Below, piece by piece: positions 28,849 through 40,200 of a stretch of 64,000 nt of DNA (position 1 is the stretch's first letter; each line of letters begins with the position of its first letter). Where the stretch lies: contig CBFHGJ010000002.1 in the NCBI GenBank assembly GCA_965655315.1, positions 68,385 through 132,384 of the forward strand, given 5' to 3'. Below the pieces are notes generated by a model. It did no database searches. It saw only the letters and a program-made list of their open reading frames with translations, and was not told where the DNA came from. This stretch comes from Bacteroidia bacterium. Lineage in GTDB: Bacteria > Bacteroidota > Bacteroidia > NS11-12g > UBA9320. The position numbers were made by a program, and so were the translations under genes.

Positions 28849-30135
28849 ATGTCAAATATTATAAAATCCTCTTTACCTATTGCATTTGTTCTTTTACTTA
28901 TCAGTTTAGGCAGTTGCCAAGACAAATGCACAGAAACCAGAACTTACCTAAAATATACACCTGTTAAAAAAGCTCTCACAGAAGTGAGGGAGAGTTTTAA
29001 AGCTATGCCAACACAAGAGCTTCAAAACCCGGGAAAGATTTACACGTTTGGTTCAAGACTGTATATTGTAGACAGAGGAATTGGATTTCACGTAGTAGAC
29101 AATTCTAATCCTAGTGCTCCAATATTCACCGAGTTTATACAACTAGATGGTTGCTTGGATGTAGCTATGAAAGGAAATACACTTTATGCGAATCAAGGAC
29201 CAGATATTGTAGCAATAGCTATGGACGGTGAACCAAGAATAATTGGCAGAGGAGAAGATATCTTAAGTGATCAGAACAATTCAGATAGCGTTATTTTGAG
29301 ATGGGAGAGTCGTGAAGTAACTGAGGTAGTTGAAACTGATTGTGACAATCAAGGAAATTGGAGAGGCAATCCGAGAAGTTTCGCAAATGATGATTTTAGC
29401 GGTGGAGTTAGTTTCGAATCATCAAGTACAAGTTCTTCTGTATCAGACAATAATAGAGTGAATAGCTCAGGATCTTCAGGAAGTGGAGTCTCTGGTTCTA
29501 TGGCTAGATTCAGCATAGTAGCTGGTCAACTATATGTAGTATCTGATTGGAGCATGACCACGTTCGATTTGGATAATGATTTTAGACAAATCAGTCAGTT
29601 TAATATAGGTAATGGAGTAGAGACGATTTTTGGAACTCAAGATTATCTGTACCTAGGAACTAACGTCGGTATGCTAATCTACGATAGGAATAATGGCAAT
29701 ACGCCGACTTATGTATCTCAACTAAGCCACGCAAGAGGTTGTGACCCTGTAGTTGTGCAAGGAGATATCGCATTTGTTACCTTAAGAGGAAATAGCAGAT
29801 GTGGCCAGGCTGAGAGCGGACTCTATGTAGTGAATCTTGCGGAGATTAGAAACCCTTCATTGTTATCTATGCATCCAATGGCTGATCCTTACGGACTTGG
29901 AGTGAGAGATGATATTCTTATGATTTGTGATGGAAATGCTGGATTAAGAGTTTTCGATAAGTCAAATTTAGACTTTATAGGAGATTCAGAAATAAGCTCT
30001 GATGCAAGCGTTAAGGCATATGATGTTATTCTTCAAGATGATATCGCCATTTTATCTGCTGAAGAAGGCGTGTATCAATATGAATATGATAATGCTGGTA
30101 AGCTTAATAAGCTGAGCACGCTTATCGCGAAGTAA
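28849..30135 (+). CDS. LVIVD-repeat lipoprotein
   Basis: Lipobox LGS-C, GSMARFSI, ETIF, CDPVVV...AFVTLR, PYGLG. Confidence 0.85.
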   Translation: MSNIIKSSLPIAFVLLLISLGSCQDKCTETRTYLKYTPVKKALTEVRESFKAMPTQELQNPGKIYTFGSRLYIVDRGIGFHVVDNSNPSAPIFTEFIQLDGCLDVAMKGNTLYANQGPDIVAIAMDGEPRIIGRGEDILSDQNNSDSVILRWESREVTEVVETDCDNQGNWRGNPRSFANDDFSGGVSFESSSTSSSVSDNNRVNSSGSSGSGVSGSMARFSIVAGQLYVVSDWSMTTFDLDNDFRQISQFNIGNGVETIFGTQDYLYLGTNVGMLIYDRNNGNTPTYVSQLSHARGCDPVVVQGDIAFVTLRGNSRCGQAESGLYVVNLAEIRNPSLLSMHPMADPYGLGVRDDILMICDGNAGLRVFDKSNLDFIGDSEISSDASVKAYDVILQDDIAILSAEEGVYQYEYDNAGKLNKLSTLIAK

Positions 30136-30210
30136 TCCGACATACTCTTCTATAAAGCCTCAGATTTTTTTTACCTATATTCGGTAAGAACTAAACCAAT
30201 TATACAAATC

Positions 30211-30828
30211 ATGAAAAAAATCTTAATTGCTTTAGGTGCTATCATAGTAATAGCTCTAATAGCAGCCGCCGCAATGCCAAAAACCTTTGGCTATGAAGAC
30301 TCAATTACAATAGAAGCTTCTCCATCAAACGTTTGGAAACACGCAGGCTCATTAAAAGGAATGGATGCCTGGAGTCCCTGGATGGCAAAAGATGAAAACA
30401 TCAAACATACTTGGGAGGGAGAAGACGGTGCTGTCGGCTCATCCAACTGCTGGGATAGTCAAGTAGAAGAAGTTGGTGCAGGATGTCAAAAAGTTGTAGA
30501 GGTCGAAGAAAACAAAGCATTTTTAACAGAACTCAATTTCACCAGACCAAACGAAGGACTTGGAAAAGGATATACTTATTTGGAGGAAGATGGAGAGGGA
30601 ACTAAAGTTCGCTGGGGATTTGAAAGTGAGATGCCTTGGCCATTTAATCTAATGATTCCTATGATGGATATGGAAAAGCAAATGGGCGAAGATTGGAGTA
30701 ACGGACTTTCCAAGCTAAAAGAGCTTTCAGAAGCTAGCTCTGCTGAAGAAAAAAGAATAGCTGAAGAAGCTGCAGCCGCAGCAGAACAAGAGGCCGCTAT
30801 GGAAGAGCAAAGTTCCACGGAAGAGTAA
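30211..30828 (+). CDS. SRPBCC (START-like) family protein
   Basis: SITIEA, WSPW, TKVRW, GLSKLK; N-terminal anchor. Confidence 0.85.
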   Translation: MKKILIALGAIIVIALIAAAAMPKTFGYEDSITIEASPSNVWKHAGSLKGMDAWSPWMAKDENIKHTWEGEDGAVGSSNCWDSQVEEVGAGCQKVVEVEENKAFLTELNFTRPNEGLGKGYTYLEEDGEGTKVRWGFESEMPWPFNLMIPMMDMEKQMGEDWSNGLSKLKELSEASSAEEKRIAEEAAAAAEQEAAMEEQSSTEE

Positions 30829-30849
30829 TCTAAAAATAAAATCAACCAG

Positions 30850-30885
30850 AAGGACTTGAAATAACTGATTTCAAGTCTTTTTTTT
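30850..30885 (+). terminator. Rho-independent terminator
   Basis: AAGGACTTGAAAT-AACTG-ATTTCAAGTCTTT followed by a T-run. Confidence 0.8.
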
Positions 30886-30912
30886 ATATACTTGACACCA
30901 AACTAATTAATA

Positions 30913-31542
30913 ATGAATATTCAGCAAGCATTTGCAAATAACCAATCTTGGATAAAATCTAAGTTAGACACCGATAAAGAATACTTTGAAACCCTTGCAA
31001 AAGGTCAAAGTCCTGAAATCTTATACATAGGATGTTCAGACAGTAGAGTAACTGCAGAAGACATGATAGGTGCAGAACCAGGAGAAATCTTTGTCCATAG
31101 AAACGTAGCTAACATGGTGGTCGGAACAGACACCAATGCAATGGCAGTACTTAATTATGCAGTGAATCACCTTAAGGTCAAGCACGTAGTAGTATGTGGT
31201 CATTACTTCTGTGGAGGAGTAAAAGCCGCTATGGGAGCCCAAGATTTAGGAGTACTCAATCCCTGGCTAAGAAACATCAGAGACGTTTATAGGACACACC
31301 AAAAAGACCTAGATGCTATTTCGGATGAAAATGATCGATACAATAAACTAGTAGAACTCAACGTGCAGGAGCAATGCATCAATCTTACCAAAACAGTTGA
31401 TGTTCAAAGAGCCTATAACGAAAGAGGACTACAAGTACACGGTTGGGTTTTTGATATACAAAGTGGAAAGCTTATTGACCTAGAGTTAGACCTTGATCAT
31501 CTGCTGAAGGATATTCAAGGTATCTATGATCTAGGGGCTTAG
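30913..31542 (+). CDS. can: Beta-class carbonic anhydrase
   Basis: GCSDSRV, FVHRNVAN, CGHYFCGGV. Confidence 0.95.
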   Translation: MNIQQAFANNQSWIKSKLDTDKEYFETLAKGQSPEILYIGCSDSRVTAEDMIGAEPGEIFVHRNVANMVVGTDTNAMAVLNYAVNHLKVKHVVVCGHYFCGGVKAAMGAQDLGVLNPWLRNIRDVYRTHQKDLDAISDENDRYNKLVELNVQEQCINLTKTVDVQRAYNERGLQVHGWVFDIQSGKLIDLELDLDHLLKDIQGIYDLGA

Positions 31543-32584
31543 TCGAATTCGTCCCACCATTTATCCTTGCTCTTTGAATCTAAGGTAAACACCTCACCTA
31601 TCAAGGGAGTAGTATAAGAAACCCCCTCTTTTTTTGTTGCTGAAACAAATCTATCCGCCGGTTCCTTCCAGTGATGCATAGCAAGAGCAAAACCTGCCCA
31701 ATGCACTGGCATCATATTCGTCACTTTGGCATCGATACCAGCTTGTACACTTTCTTCTGGATGCATATGTATGTCTCTCCACAGGTCATTGTATTGTCCA
31801 CACTCCATAAAACCAAAGTCGAATGGGCCGAGCTTTTCTCCTACTTTCTTAAAATGGCCTCCGTAACCGCCGTCACCACTGAAGTAGATATTTTCCTTTT
31901 CTGATTGTATTACCCAACCGCCCCAAAATGACTTAGCTCTATTGTTTCCACCTCTACCAGCAAAGTGTCGAGACGGTGTGCAATGAATAGTTAATCCTTC
32001 AATCTCTAGAGTGTCCCACCAATCCATCTCTGTAATATTTTGCTTCGCTACTCCCCAATCTTCATAGTGTCTTCCAGTTCCTAGGGTAGTTACATATTTT
32101 TTAACTTTCGGCTGTAGCTTTTCAAAACTTGCTAAATCTACATGGTCATAATGGTCGTGCGTCATTAGTAAAATATCAATCTCAGGGAAGTCATCTACTA
32201 AATCCAGTGAATTCTTAGAAAAACGCTTGACTGACATTGGGGCTATCGGGGATGCATCAGGACCTAGCATAGGGTCAATAAGTACAGTTTTTCCTCTTAC
32301 ACGCATTAGAACAACCGAATGCCCATACCATATCATTTTTGCTTTTTCAGTTGGAGATAAGAATGCTTCTTTGTCTAAGGATAAAATCGGCAGCGGTTTT
32401 AAAGGTTCTCGACCTTTTCTTTTGAAAAACTGGTTATAAATCATCCCTGGAGCTTCCTTCCTCCTATATCTATACCGGTCTGGACTAAGTTTCTAAAAGC
32501 ACCATCTTTCCAATTGGGTGATTTCTCATATTGAGCAATTCGCTCTTTGGTAAGCTTACCTCCAAATTGTTTTAAGTACTTCAT
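31539..32584 (-). pseudogene. MBL-fold hydrolase (RomA/NAPE-PLD-like), frameshifted near the 5' end
   Basis: THDHYDH, FSGDGGY, PVHW. Upstream frame MKYLKQFGGK...SPNWKDGAFRNL starts at 32584 and stops at 32441, so the frame changes at about 32450-32465. Confidence 0.8.
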
Positions 32585-33246
32585 CCTTTTGCTGCCATTG
32601 CATTGATATCCTTCCCTTCAAGATGCTTAAGATCCTGATTAGCCGTTACCGAATTAATCATCATCTTACCAAATCTGCTGCTAGTAGTGACAGATTTAAA
32701 CATCTTAAACAATGGATTAAATGGCTTCATTAGTATGTAGATATACTTATACCAGCTCGTTCCAGAACTTACCTCTCCTTCAGGGATCAATGCTCCGAGT
32801 CTAATCATATAGGCATCCTTAAAGCCTTTATTTAACACATAGTTTTCAGTTTTCCCTTTGACTCTAGCCCACATTGTTCTGCCCTTTTCTGTGCTGTCCG
32901 TTCCAGTTCCACTCACATAGTTGAAAACCATATTTGGGTTAGCAGTGTGGCATGCATCCACTAAGGACTTGGTAATGTCATAGGTGAATTTTGTAAACTC
33001 TAATTCGTTTTTCCCCACCGAAGTAACACCCATACAATGGAAGCATGCATCATATCCTTTGAACTCATTAGACACATTACTAAAGTCCATAAAATCTTTA
33101 TGAATCAGCTCTTTTAGTTTAGGATGCGAAACATCGAGCTCTCTCCTATTTACAACTAAAACTTCAGAAACCTTATCACTTACAAGGCATTCATTAAGTG
33201 TAGAACGTCCTACCATTCCGGTAGAACCGGTTATTATAACTTTCAT
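32581..33246 (-). CDS. NAD(P)-binding epimerase/dehydratase-like protein
   Basis: ITGSTGMVG, YDACFHCMG, MWARVKGKTE. Confidence 0.88.
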   Translation of the reverse strand: MKVIITGSTGMVGRSTLNECLVSDKVSEVLVVNRRELDVSHPKLKELIHKDFMDFSNVSNEFKGYDACFHCMGVTSVGKNELEFTKFTYDITKSLVDACHTANPNMVFNYVSGTGTDSTEKGRTMWARVKGKTENYVLNKGFKDAYMIRLGALIPEGEVSSGTSWYKYIYILMKPFNPLFKMFKSVTTSSRFGKMMINSVTANQDLKHLEGKDINAMAAKG

Positions 33247-33248
33247 AC

Positions 33249-34301
33249 TTACTTTTTGAATGCTCCTGTCTCCTCTATTTGTGCAAAAAACTCATTGACG
33301 GTAGATTGAATAGGTCGAAACTCCATCTTCAATTCTTTCTTAATTTTTGAGTTATCTGCCTTCCATGGATATCCTACGTTGTCTTTAATGAATTGACGAG
33401 GGATGCCAGCTAAAGGCCCCATTATCATCATCAACCACTTTGGCATATTTTTCTTTGGTAATGGGTATTTATCACCGTAGGTTGGTCTTAGCATATTTGC
33501 TAATTCCAGAAAGCTTAAATTTTCTGCTGAGCAGATGTGTCTTCCTTTCGCCTCTGGAGTAAATGCTGCTCGGTAGTGTGCCTCAGCAACATCACGTACA
33601 TCCACACAACCCATATTTAGATCTGCACTCCCAAACTTCAACGTCCCATCACCCATCTGCTTCATTACATTAAAACTTTCAGAAGTCCCATATGGATTAA
33701 CCCCAGGACCAAGTACAAAGGATGGATTAACAACTACCGTATCAAATCTAGTTTGACCCTCGGTCATCTCCCATGCTTTTTTCTCTGCTACCGTTTTTGA
33801 ATAATTATACGGAGCTTGATTTACAGAAGATGTGGTATTCCAAATATCCTCGGTCATGGTCTGATTTGGATAGTTTAAGGTATCCTTGGCATCACCGTAT
33901 ATTGCTACACAACTACTAGTCACCACCACTCGTTTTACAGATTCAGTATTCTGAACAGTAGTCATTACATTTTCAGTTCCCTTGAGAGCAGGATCTACTA
34001 AATCTCGCTGAGCATTTTTTGTACTTGTAATAAACGGTGAGGCTGTATGTATCACAAGCCCGCACCCTTTCATAGCTTCATCGTATGAACCCGACTGTAA
34101 TAGATCTGCCTTAAAATACTTGATTGCACCCTTACTATTTGCTGCTATTTCATCGAGGTACTTTATCTTTTCTTTATTATCTGGACTTCTTACTGGAGCA
34201 TGAACAATATGTCCATCTTCCAGCAACTTCTTAGCAATGTGACCACCTACGTAACCTGTTGCCCCTGTGAGCATTATAGGAGCATTATTATCTATTTTCA
34301 T
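33249..34301 (-). CDS. Extended SDR (aldehyde/dihydroflavonol reductase-like)
   Basis: TGATGYVG, HTASP, TSS, YNYSK. Confidence 0.9.
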   Translation of the reverse strand: MKIDNNAPIMLTGATGYVGGHIAKKLLEDGHIVHAPVRSPDNKEKIKYLDEIAANSKGAIKYFKADLLQSGSYDEAMKGCGLVIHTASPFITSTKNAQRDLVDPALKGTENVMTTVQNTESVKRVVVTSSCVAIYGDAKDTLNYPNQTMTEDIWNTTSSVNQAPYNYSKTVAEKKAWEMTEGQTRFDTVVVNPSFVLGPGVNPYGTSESFNVMKQMGDGTLKFGSADLNMGCVDVRDVAEAHYRAAFTPEAKGRHICSAENLSFLELANMLRPTYGDKYPLPKKNMPKWLMMIMGPLAGIPRQFIKDNVGYPWKADNSKIKKELKMEFRPIQSTVNEFFAQIEETGAFKK

Positions 34302-34822
34302 TATTTATATTTTTTTCTTAATGTATTTAATAGTCTTTCCTTATCTACTACGTCCTTCTTTAGAATTACAGTGGTTACAAAGCCATCCATATACGCCATA
34401 ATCAAATCTGCTTCGCCCTCTGGATCTAAATATTTCATTTCAGTCAATGCATCGATTAGAGCCCCTTTAATGGGCTTACTCATTTCATCATCATAAACCT
34501 CATTATTCCACTTCATAGAATACATAAGTTTCCAAAAAGGATAATCTTCTTCTTCCATATGAAATGGGACCTCCATTATCGCTGTTATCCGATCTTCTGG
34601 TTTTTCCAAGGCTAAAATCTCTTCCATACCTTCATTCACTTTTTCTCTCCCGACCTCCATAATAGCCGTAAGCAGTCCTTGCTTATTCTTGTAATGTCTG
34701 AAAATTAACCCCTCTGAGACCGCAGCATTCTTTGCTATCAAACTAGTCGGTACTGCGTCAAACCCCTTGCTAGCAAAAAGCTGAAGTGCAGAATTCAAAA
34801 TCATTTTTCTCTTAGCAGTCAT
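34301..34822 (-). CDS. TetR/AcrR transcriptional regulator
   Basis: N-terminal HTH ALQLFASKGF...IAKNAAVSEGLIFRHYKNK. Confidence 0.93.
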   Translation of the reverse strand: MTAKRKMILNSALQLFASKGFDAVPTSLIAKNAAVSEGLIFRHYKNKQGLLTAIMEVGREKVNEGMEEILALEKPEDRITAIMEVPFHMEEEDYPFWKLMYSMKWNNEVYDDEMSKPIKGALIDALTEMKYLDPEGEADLIMAYMDGFVTTVILKKDVVDKERLLNTLRKKYK

Positions 34823-34823
34823 G

Positions 34824-34915
34824 ATAAAAGTGAGTAATTGCTTACAAAGGTATAATCAAAAAATAATACAAAGCAAAAAAAGGAATAAAAATAGTAAGTA
34901 ATTGCTCACTTTTAT
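34824..34915. promoter_or_regulatory. Two putative TetR operators plus -7 promoter box
   Basis: 22-bp inverted pair (20/22): ATAAAAGTGAGTAATTGCTTAC 34824-34845 and GTAAGTAATTGCTCACTTTTAT 34894-34915; TACCTTTG (-) at 34845-34852. Confidence 0.75.
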
Positions 34916-35014
34916 ACAAATAAGCTCAGATTATTATCTGAAGAAGTCAGATATTACCTGGGACAGGTATAGTCTAGACTTATTTATAGAATTCTCACTT
35001 ACTTTTGGGACTCT

Positions 35015-35685
35015 ATGTTAGCAGATCTACCTATCTTTATCTCATTTTTGGGTTTTCAGTAATCTATGTTTGGTACTGGCTATATAAAGCCTCCAACAAA
35101 AACAAAACCTACGTATTAATTACAGCAGGGTGGATATTACTTCAATCCATTTTAGGTTCTATTGGATTTTATCAAAATCCAATAGAAAATCCAGTTGCAT
35201 TTGCACTCCTTATTCCACCAACGCTCATACTCATAGTTACCTTGTTTTTAACACAAAAGGGAAAGAACTTCATTCAAAACTTAGATTTAGAAAGTCTTAC
35301 ATTGCTTCATACTGTCAGGATTCCAGTAGAGATAGGTTTTTTATGGTTATTCACAGCTGGTTTAATCCCAGAGCTTATGACTTTTGAAGGAAGAAATTTT
35401 GATATTATAGCAGGATTGACTGCTCAAATTGTCTACTTCCTTTATTTTAAGAAGGCTTTGATTAGTAAAAAAGTACTCTTACTATGGAATATAGTTATGT
35501 TGGGTTTCTTGCTAAACATAGTAGTCAACGCTCTGTTGTCTGCTCCTTTACCTTTCCAACAATTTGCATTTGACCAACCAAATATTGGGATACTATATTT
35601 TCCGTTTAACCTGCTACCTAGTTTTATAGTACCAGCAGTGCTATTCTCTCACCTAGTTGCGATAAAAAAACTACTGCAAGACTAA
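35015..35685 (+). pseudogene. Multi-TM membrane protein, likely frameshifted near the start
   Basis: TACTTTTG box (35000-35007) overlaps the tracked TTG start; ATG at 35015 (MLADLPIFISF) is in another frame that stops after a T-run near 35045; body has HTVRIPVE and NFDIIAG. Confidence 0.55.
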
Positions 35686-36101
35686 CCGTAGTACTCTACG
35701 TACTGATTTTCAGTTTCATAGAGTTTAATGCAGTGTAAGCTAGCCCGCTTTGGTAGCTCATTCTCTATTTGCTCCCAAATTTTAACCACTATGTTTTCTA
35801 TGCTAGGCATTACATTTTCAAGAAAGTCAACATCCAAATTAAAATTCTTGTGGTCCAACTTACTCACTACCTTATCTTGTAAAATAAGCTTCAATTTTTT
35901 TAAGTCCATGACAAATCCAGTATCAGGATCTGGAAGACCTTTCACCGTTACATACAAATCAAAGTTATGACCATGCCAATTTTCATTCGCACATTTACCA
36001 AAGACTTCGTCATTCTGTTCAACGGTCCAGTTAGGATTGTACAATTTGTGAGCTCCATTAAAATGGACTTTTCTAGTTACGTATACCAACTTATTTGACA
36101 T
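35682..36101 (-). CDS. queD: 6-carboxytetrahydropterin synthase / PTPS
   Basis: FNGAH.L, C.N...HGHN, LDHKN.N, PSIEN, LYET. Confidence 0.92.
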   Translation of the reverse strand: MSNKLVYVTRKVHFNGAHKLYNPNWTVEQNDEVFGKCANENWHGHNFDLYVTVKGLPDPDTGFVMDLKKLKLILQDKVVSKLDHKNFNLDVDFLENVMPSIENIVVKIWEQIENELPKRASLHCIKLYETENQYVEYYG

Positions 36102-36259
36102 CGAATTATTTGAGCACTGCAAGTTTAGGTAAAATGAGTAATTGAAGAGCTACTGGAAACAAAAACCCTTAAAAATGCGGCAGCACATAATTTTGGTTCT
36201 AGTATTTATTCATCCTAATGAATAAAATATACTCCACCCATATTAGTAACTTTGTCGCA

Positions 36260-37219
36260 ATGGCTATCGTAGTAACTGGTGCAGCAGGTTTTATTGGAAG
36301 TTGTCTTGTCTCATTTCTCAATGATCAAGGTCTAGTTGACCTCATTTTGGTAGATGACTTTAGTAAAAGTGAGAAACATAAAAATCTAGAAAAAGCAAAA
36401 TTTACTGCCAAAATAGATCGCGAAGTTTTTCTTTTTGACATGCATCGACACTCTATAGAGTTCATCTTTCACCTTGGAGCTAGAACGGATACGACAGAAT
36501 TTGACTTAAGCATTTTTCAAAAGCTAAACTTAGACTACTCCAAATCCATTTGGGAATTCTGTACAGATAAGAATATTCCTTTACTCTATGCATCTTCTGC
36601 AGCAACTTATGGTGGCGGAGAACATGGCTTCAATGATGGAAAGAGTATTCAAGATTTGGAACCTTTAAATCCTTATGGAAGAAGTAAGCAAGAATTTGAC
36701 ACTTGGGCACTTGCTCAAGAAACTACTCCCCCATTTTGGGCTGGGCTTAAGTTTTTTAATGTCTTCGGCCCAAACGAAAATCATAAAGGTAGAATGGCTA
36801 GTGTGGTCTATCACGCCTTTCATCAAATCAAGGATAAAGGTAGTCTGAAATTGTTTCAAAGTCACCGCACTGACTATGCAGATGGAGAACAAATCAGAGA
36901 CTTTATTTATGTGAAAGATTTACTAAATCTAATGTGGTTTTGGTACGAGGAACAGTCTTCATCAGGAATATATAATGCTGGAACTGGAACTGCACGCACA
37001 TTCAACGATTTAGGTAATGCCATTTTTAAGGCACTGAACTTAGCACCTAAGATTTCGTACATACCCACACCTGAAGACATAAGAGATAAGTACCAATACT
37101 ATACAGAAGCGACAATGTCCAAAACTTTAGCGGTAGGCTTTGATAAACCATTTTGGGATTTGGAAAACGCTGTCTCTGACTACGTTCAAAATTATCTAAG
37201 TAAAGAACTTCATTATTGA
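36260..37219 (+). CDS. hldD: ADP-L-glycero-D-manno-heptose 6-epimerase
   Basis: VTGAAGFIGS, YASSAATYG, PLNPYGRSK, FFNVFGPNE.HKGRMAS; start placed after TAACTTTG at 36247. Confidence 0.92.
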   Translation: MAIVVTGAAGFIGSCLVSFLNDQGLVDLILVDDFSKSEKHKNLEKAKFTAKIDREVFLFDMHRHSIEFIFHLGARTDTTEFDLSIFQKLNLDYSKSIWEFCTDKNIPLLYASSAATYGGGEHGFNDGKSIQDLEPLNPYGRSKQEFDTWALAQETTPPFWAGLKFFNVFGPNENHKGRMASVVYHAFHQIKDKGSLKLFQSHRTDYADGEQIRDFIYVKDLLNLMWFWYEEQSSSGIYNAGTGTARTFNDLGNAIFKALNLAPKISYIPTPEDIRDKYQYYTEATMSKTLAVGFDKPFWDLENAVSDYVQNYLSKELHY

Positions 37220-40200
37220 AAAAAGGCGTCATCATATTATGGACCTTTTTGGTGATTTCAGCTCTAGGTATGATAGCTTGGGCGGTTACACACATCAATG
37301 CAAATAATAAGGATTCTACTGTATCATTAGAACCTTTAGTAGCTAACCTTCAAGAAGAAGCAGACCAACTTTTTTCAGAGTACCTGCCTTTAGACTTTAA
37401 GACTGAAAATGCAGAACGTGCAATGAGTCTGACAAAGAAAAGGTGGTATTTATATGCTCGTTCAGATGACAAAACTGTTTATTGGAACAGCAATAAAGTA
37501 AACCTAGACTCAGCTATTGAAAATAACACTGAATACCCCGTGTATTTTTCATATGGTGATGACAGCTATGTTGTTTTTGACAATGGAAATGATGCCTATC
37601 TAGCCTTCAGAATCGCAAACGAAGGCAAACTCCATAGCAGAGTGATTCAAGCATTCCCGGAACTTAGTAATAAGAAGCTGGTAGATCAAAATCAGTTACA
37701 ACTCAAACCTCCTAATACCCCACTAACATTCATCACAGTCAATCGAGAAAGTGGGCTCTATTGGTGGTTTCAACTTGCACTTTGCATTGCAGGAATCTTC
37801 TTAATCCTCTACTACTTTTCTAAAGACAGCTTTGTATTTATATGGATATCGCTAGGGTTGGCCATCGCTAATATAATTAGCTACTATTATCTGGGCACTT
37901 CGTTCAAAGACTTCTATTTTTTAACCATAGAGAGCTTTCAAAACATCTCAGACAAGGAATTAACCCTTAGGCTATTCATACATATATTAGGAGCAAGCTC
38001 TATTACTCTAACACTTATCTTTCTGCTTGGAAAATTACCTAGTCTACTAGGAAGTATCGGGCAGTTTACTCTTCTATTTTTCAGTCTTGATTTCATCTAT
38101 AGTCTCATAATAGCTCTAGCTGAGCATTCATCTATATCCTATGACTTTGAAAAGCTTTTTAAGCTTTCATTTTACTCCATATTCAGCATAGCATTACTTG
38201 GGCTTTCTCTCTTTATTTTATGGTTTTTAGTGCATTACATCTTTTCTAAGAAAAGAACTATTAAGGAGATAGGAATTGGTATTGTCGTAGCTATTTTGAT
38301 TTTTTGTTCAGTACAGATTTGGGAAGGCAATCGAACTATTAGTGATCTATGGCAACCTATATTACTGCTGGGCCTTAGCATTTTGATAAGCTTGGGAATT
38401 AAAGAAAACCGAGCGAAAATTTATGCTCACTTCATCTATTCAGCTCTCTTTATTTCAATTTTAATATTTACGGGACACAAAAATCGAGAAAAGACCTTCC
38501 TCCAAAGTTTTGCTGAGAATATTATTAGCAATAGTGACCCAAGAGCCGAAAGCATTCTGAAAGGAATAGAGAACCAACTTTCTCAAGAATTTTTAACACC
38601 CGAAGATTATCGAAATTTTATCTTTAAGAAAGATGTAATCGAGAGTAGAATTAAAAACCTATACTTCAGTAATTATCTAGAAAAATATGAGTTAAAACTA
38701 CTGAGTTTTGGTCCTTCTGGCGAAAACATAAATGAGAATACACTCTACTCATTTGAGGATTTAAATAAGGTGTTTAACACTCAAACAAAAAGAACAGCGA
38801 GTGACTATTTCTATCAAATTGCATCTCCTAGTAGTTTCAATGGATATATAGCCAAATATGAAAACTGCGATATTGATGGCCATTTTGGTTCAACCTTCAT
38901 TATTCTTCAACCACGCTTAGTACAGTCAGAATTTTTATATCCAGAAGTATTTGCTAATCAAAAAAGTAAAGAACTAATTACCGTCGATGACTACTCCTAC
39001 GGAATCTACTACAACAATAAGTTAGTAAGTCAACGTGGTAGCTACGATTACAGATTAGATAAACAGCCAGAAAATCTATCTTCATCTTGGCTATCCTTTG
39101 GAGCTTTTCATCATGTCTCTTTTACTAGTGATGCTTATGATGTAATACTTAGTAAGCCAGAAAATAGATTGAAATCTTGGTTATCGGCCTTTACGTTTAG
39201 CGTTATTATTCTTATTGTTCTGAGTCTCTTCCTTTCGTTATTATCATATAACCTACTGTCTCCTCAGCATTCCTTGAGTCTTGCTTTTTTACCTGGTTCT
39301 TCTCGATTTTTAAGTGCCAGAATTCAAACATCTCTGACCATTATTTTATTACTGGGACTATTATTCTCAGTTTATATTATCATAAACTATATCAGGTCTG
39401 GGTACAATGAAAATCTAGAAAGTCAGCTACTCACAAAAGTGAAGAGTATAAGTACTCGACTTCAAAACAAAATTGATCTTGATAAAAAATTGCAAGATCC
39501 TGAACAGCGTATGCTTATGCTAAACGAGGAAAGCAGCACCTACAAAGTTGATATCAACTTGTTCAACAATGATGGAAAACTGCTTGCTAGCACCAAGCCA
39601 TACCTCACTTCTGAACAAGTACTAGGTGATCACATGAACCCCAAAGCTTACTTAGAACTTACAAGACAGCAGTCATCTCAACTGTTGGTTCAGGAGGAAC
39701 TCGAAGGCTCTGATTACTTGAGTGCTTACGTACCCTTATTTGATGGGAAGAATAGAGTCATCGGTTATCTAAACACACCTTTTTTCGCCAAGAACGAGCT
39801 GCTAAACAAGCAAATATCTAATCTAGTAGTAAATATTCTAAACATCTATTTCTTGCTCCTTCTTGGAGGTATACTTATAGCATATTTTATCAGTCGACAG
39901 ATATCTAAACCTTTACTTCTAATTAGAGAAAAAATAGCAAAAACTGAGCTACGAGCTAAAAACGAGCTCATCAAATACAACCGAGATGACGAGATAGGTC
40001 AGCTCGTAAAACAGTACAATAAAATGGTACTTGAGCTTGAAGAAAGTGCATCTCAAATGGCTCAATCTGAGCGTGAAGGAGCTTGGCGTGAAATGGCAAA
40101 ACAAGTAGCTCACGAGATTAAGAATCCTCTTACCCCAATGAAATTGAGTATTCAGCATTTACAACGAGCATATCAAGGTGGACCGAGCGAAAAACTCGAC

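Noticed and set aside
36135-36144. TGAGTAATTG upstream of queD matching part of the TetR operator
   Set aside because: Right arm of the palindrome is absent; a 10-bp AT-rich match is plausible by chance
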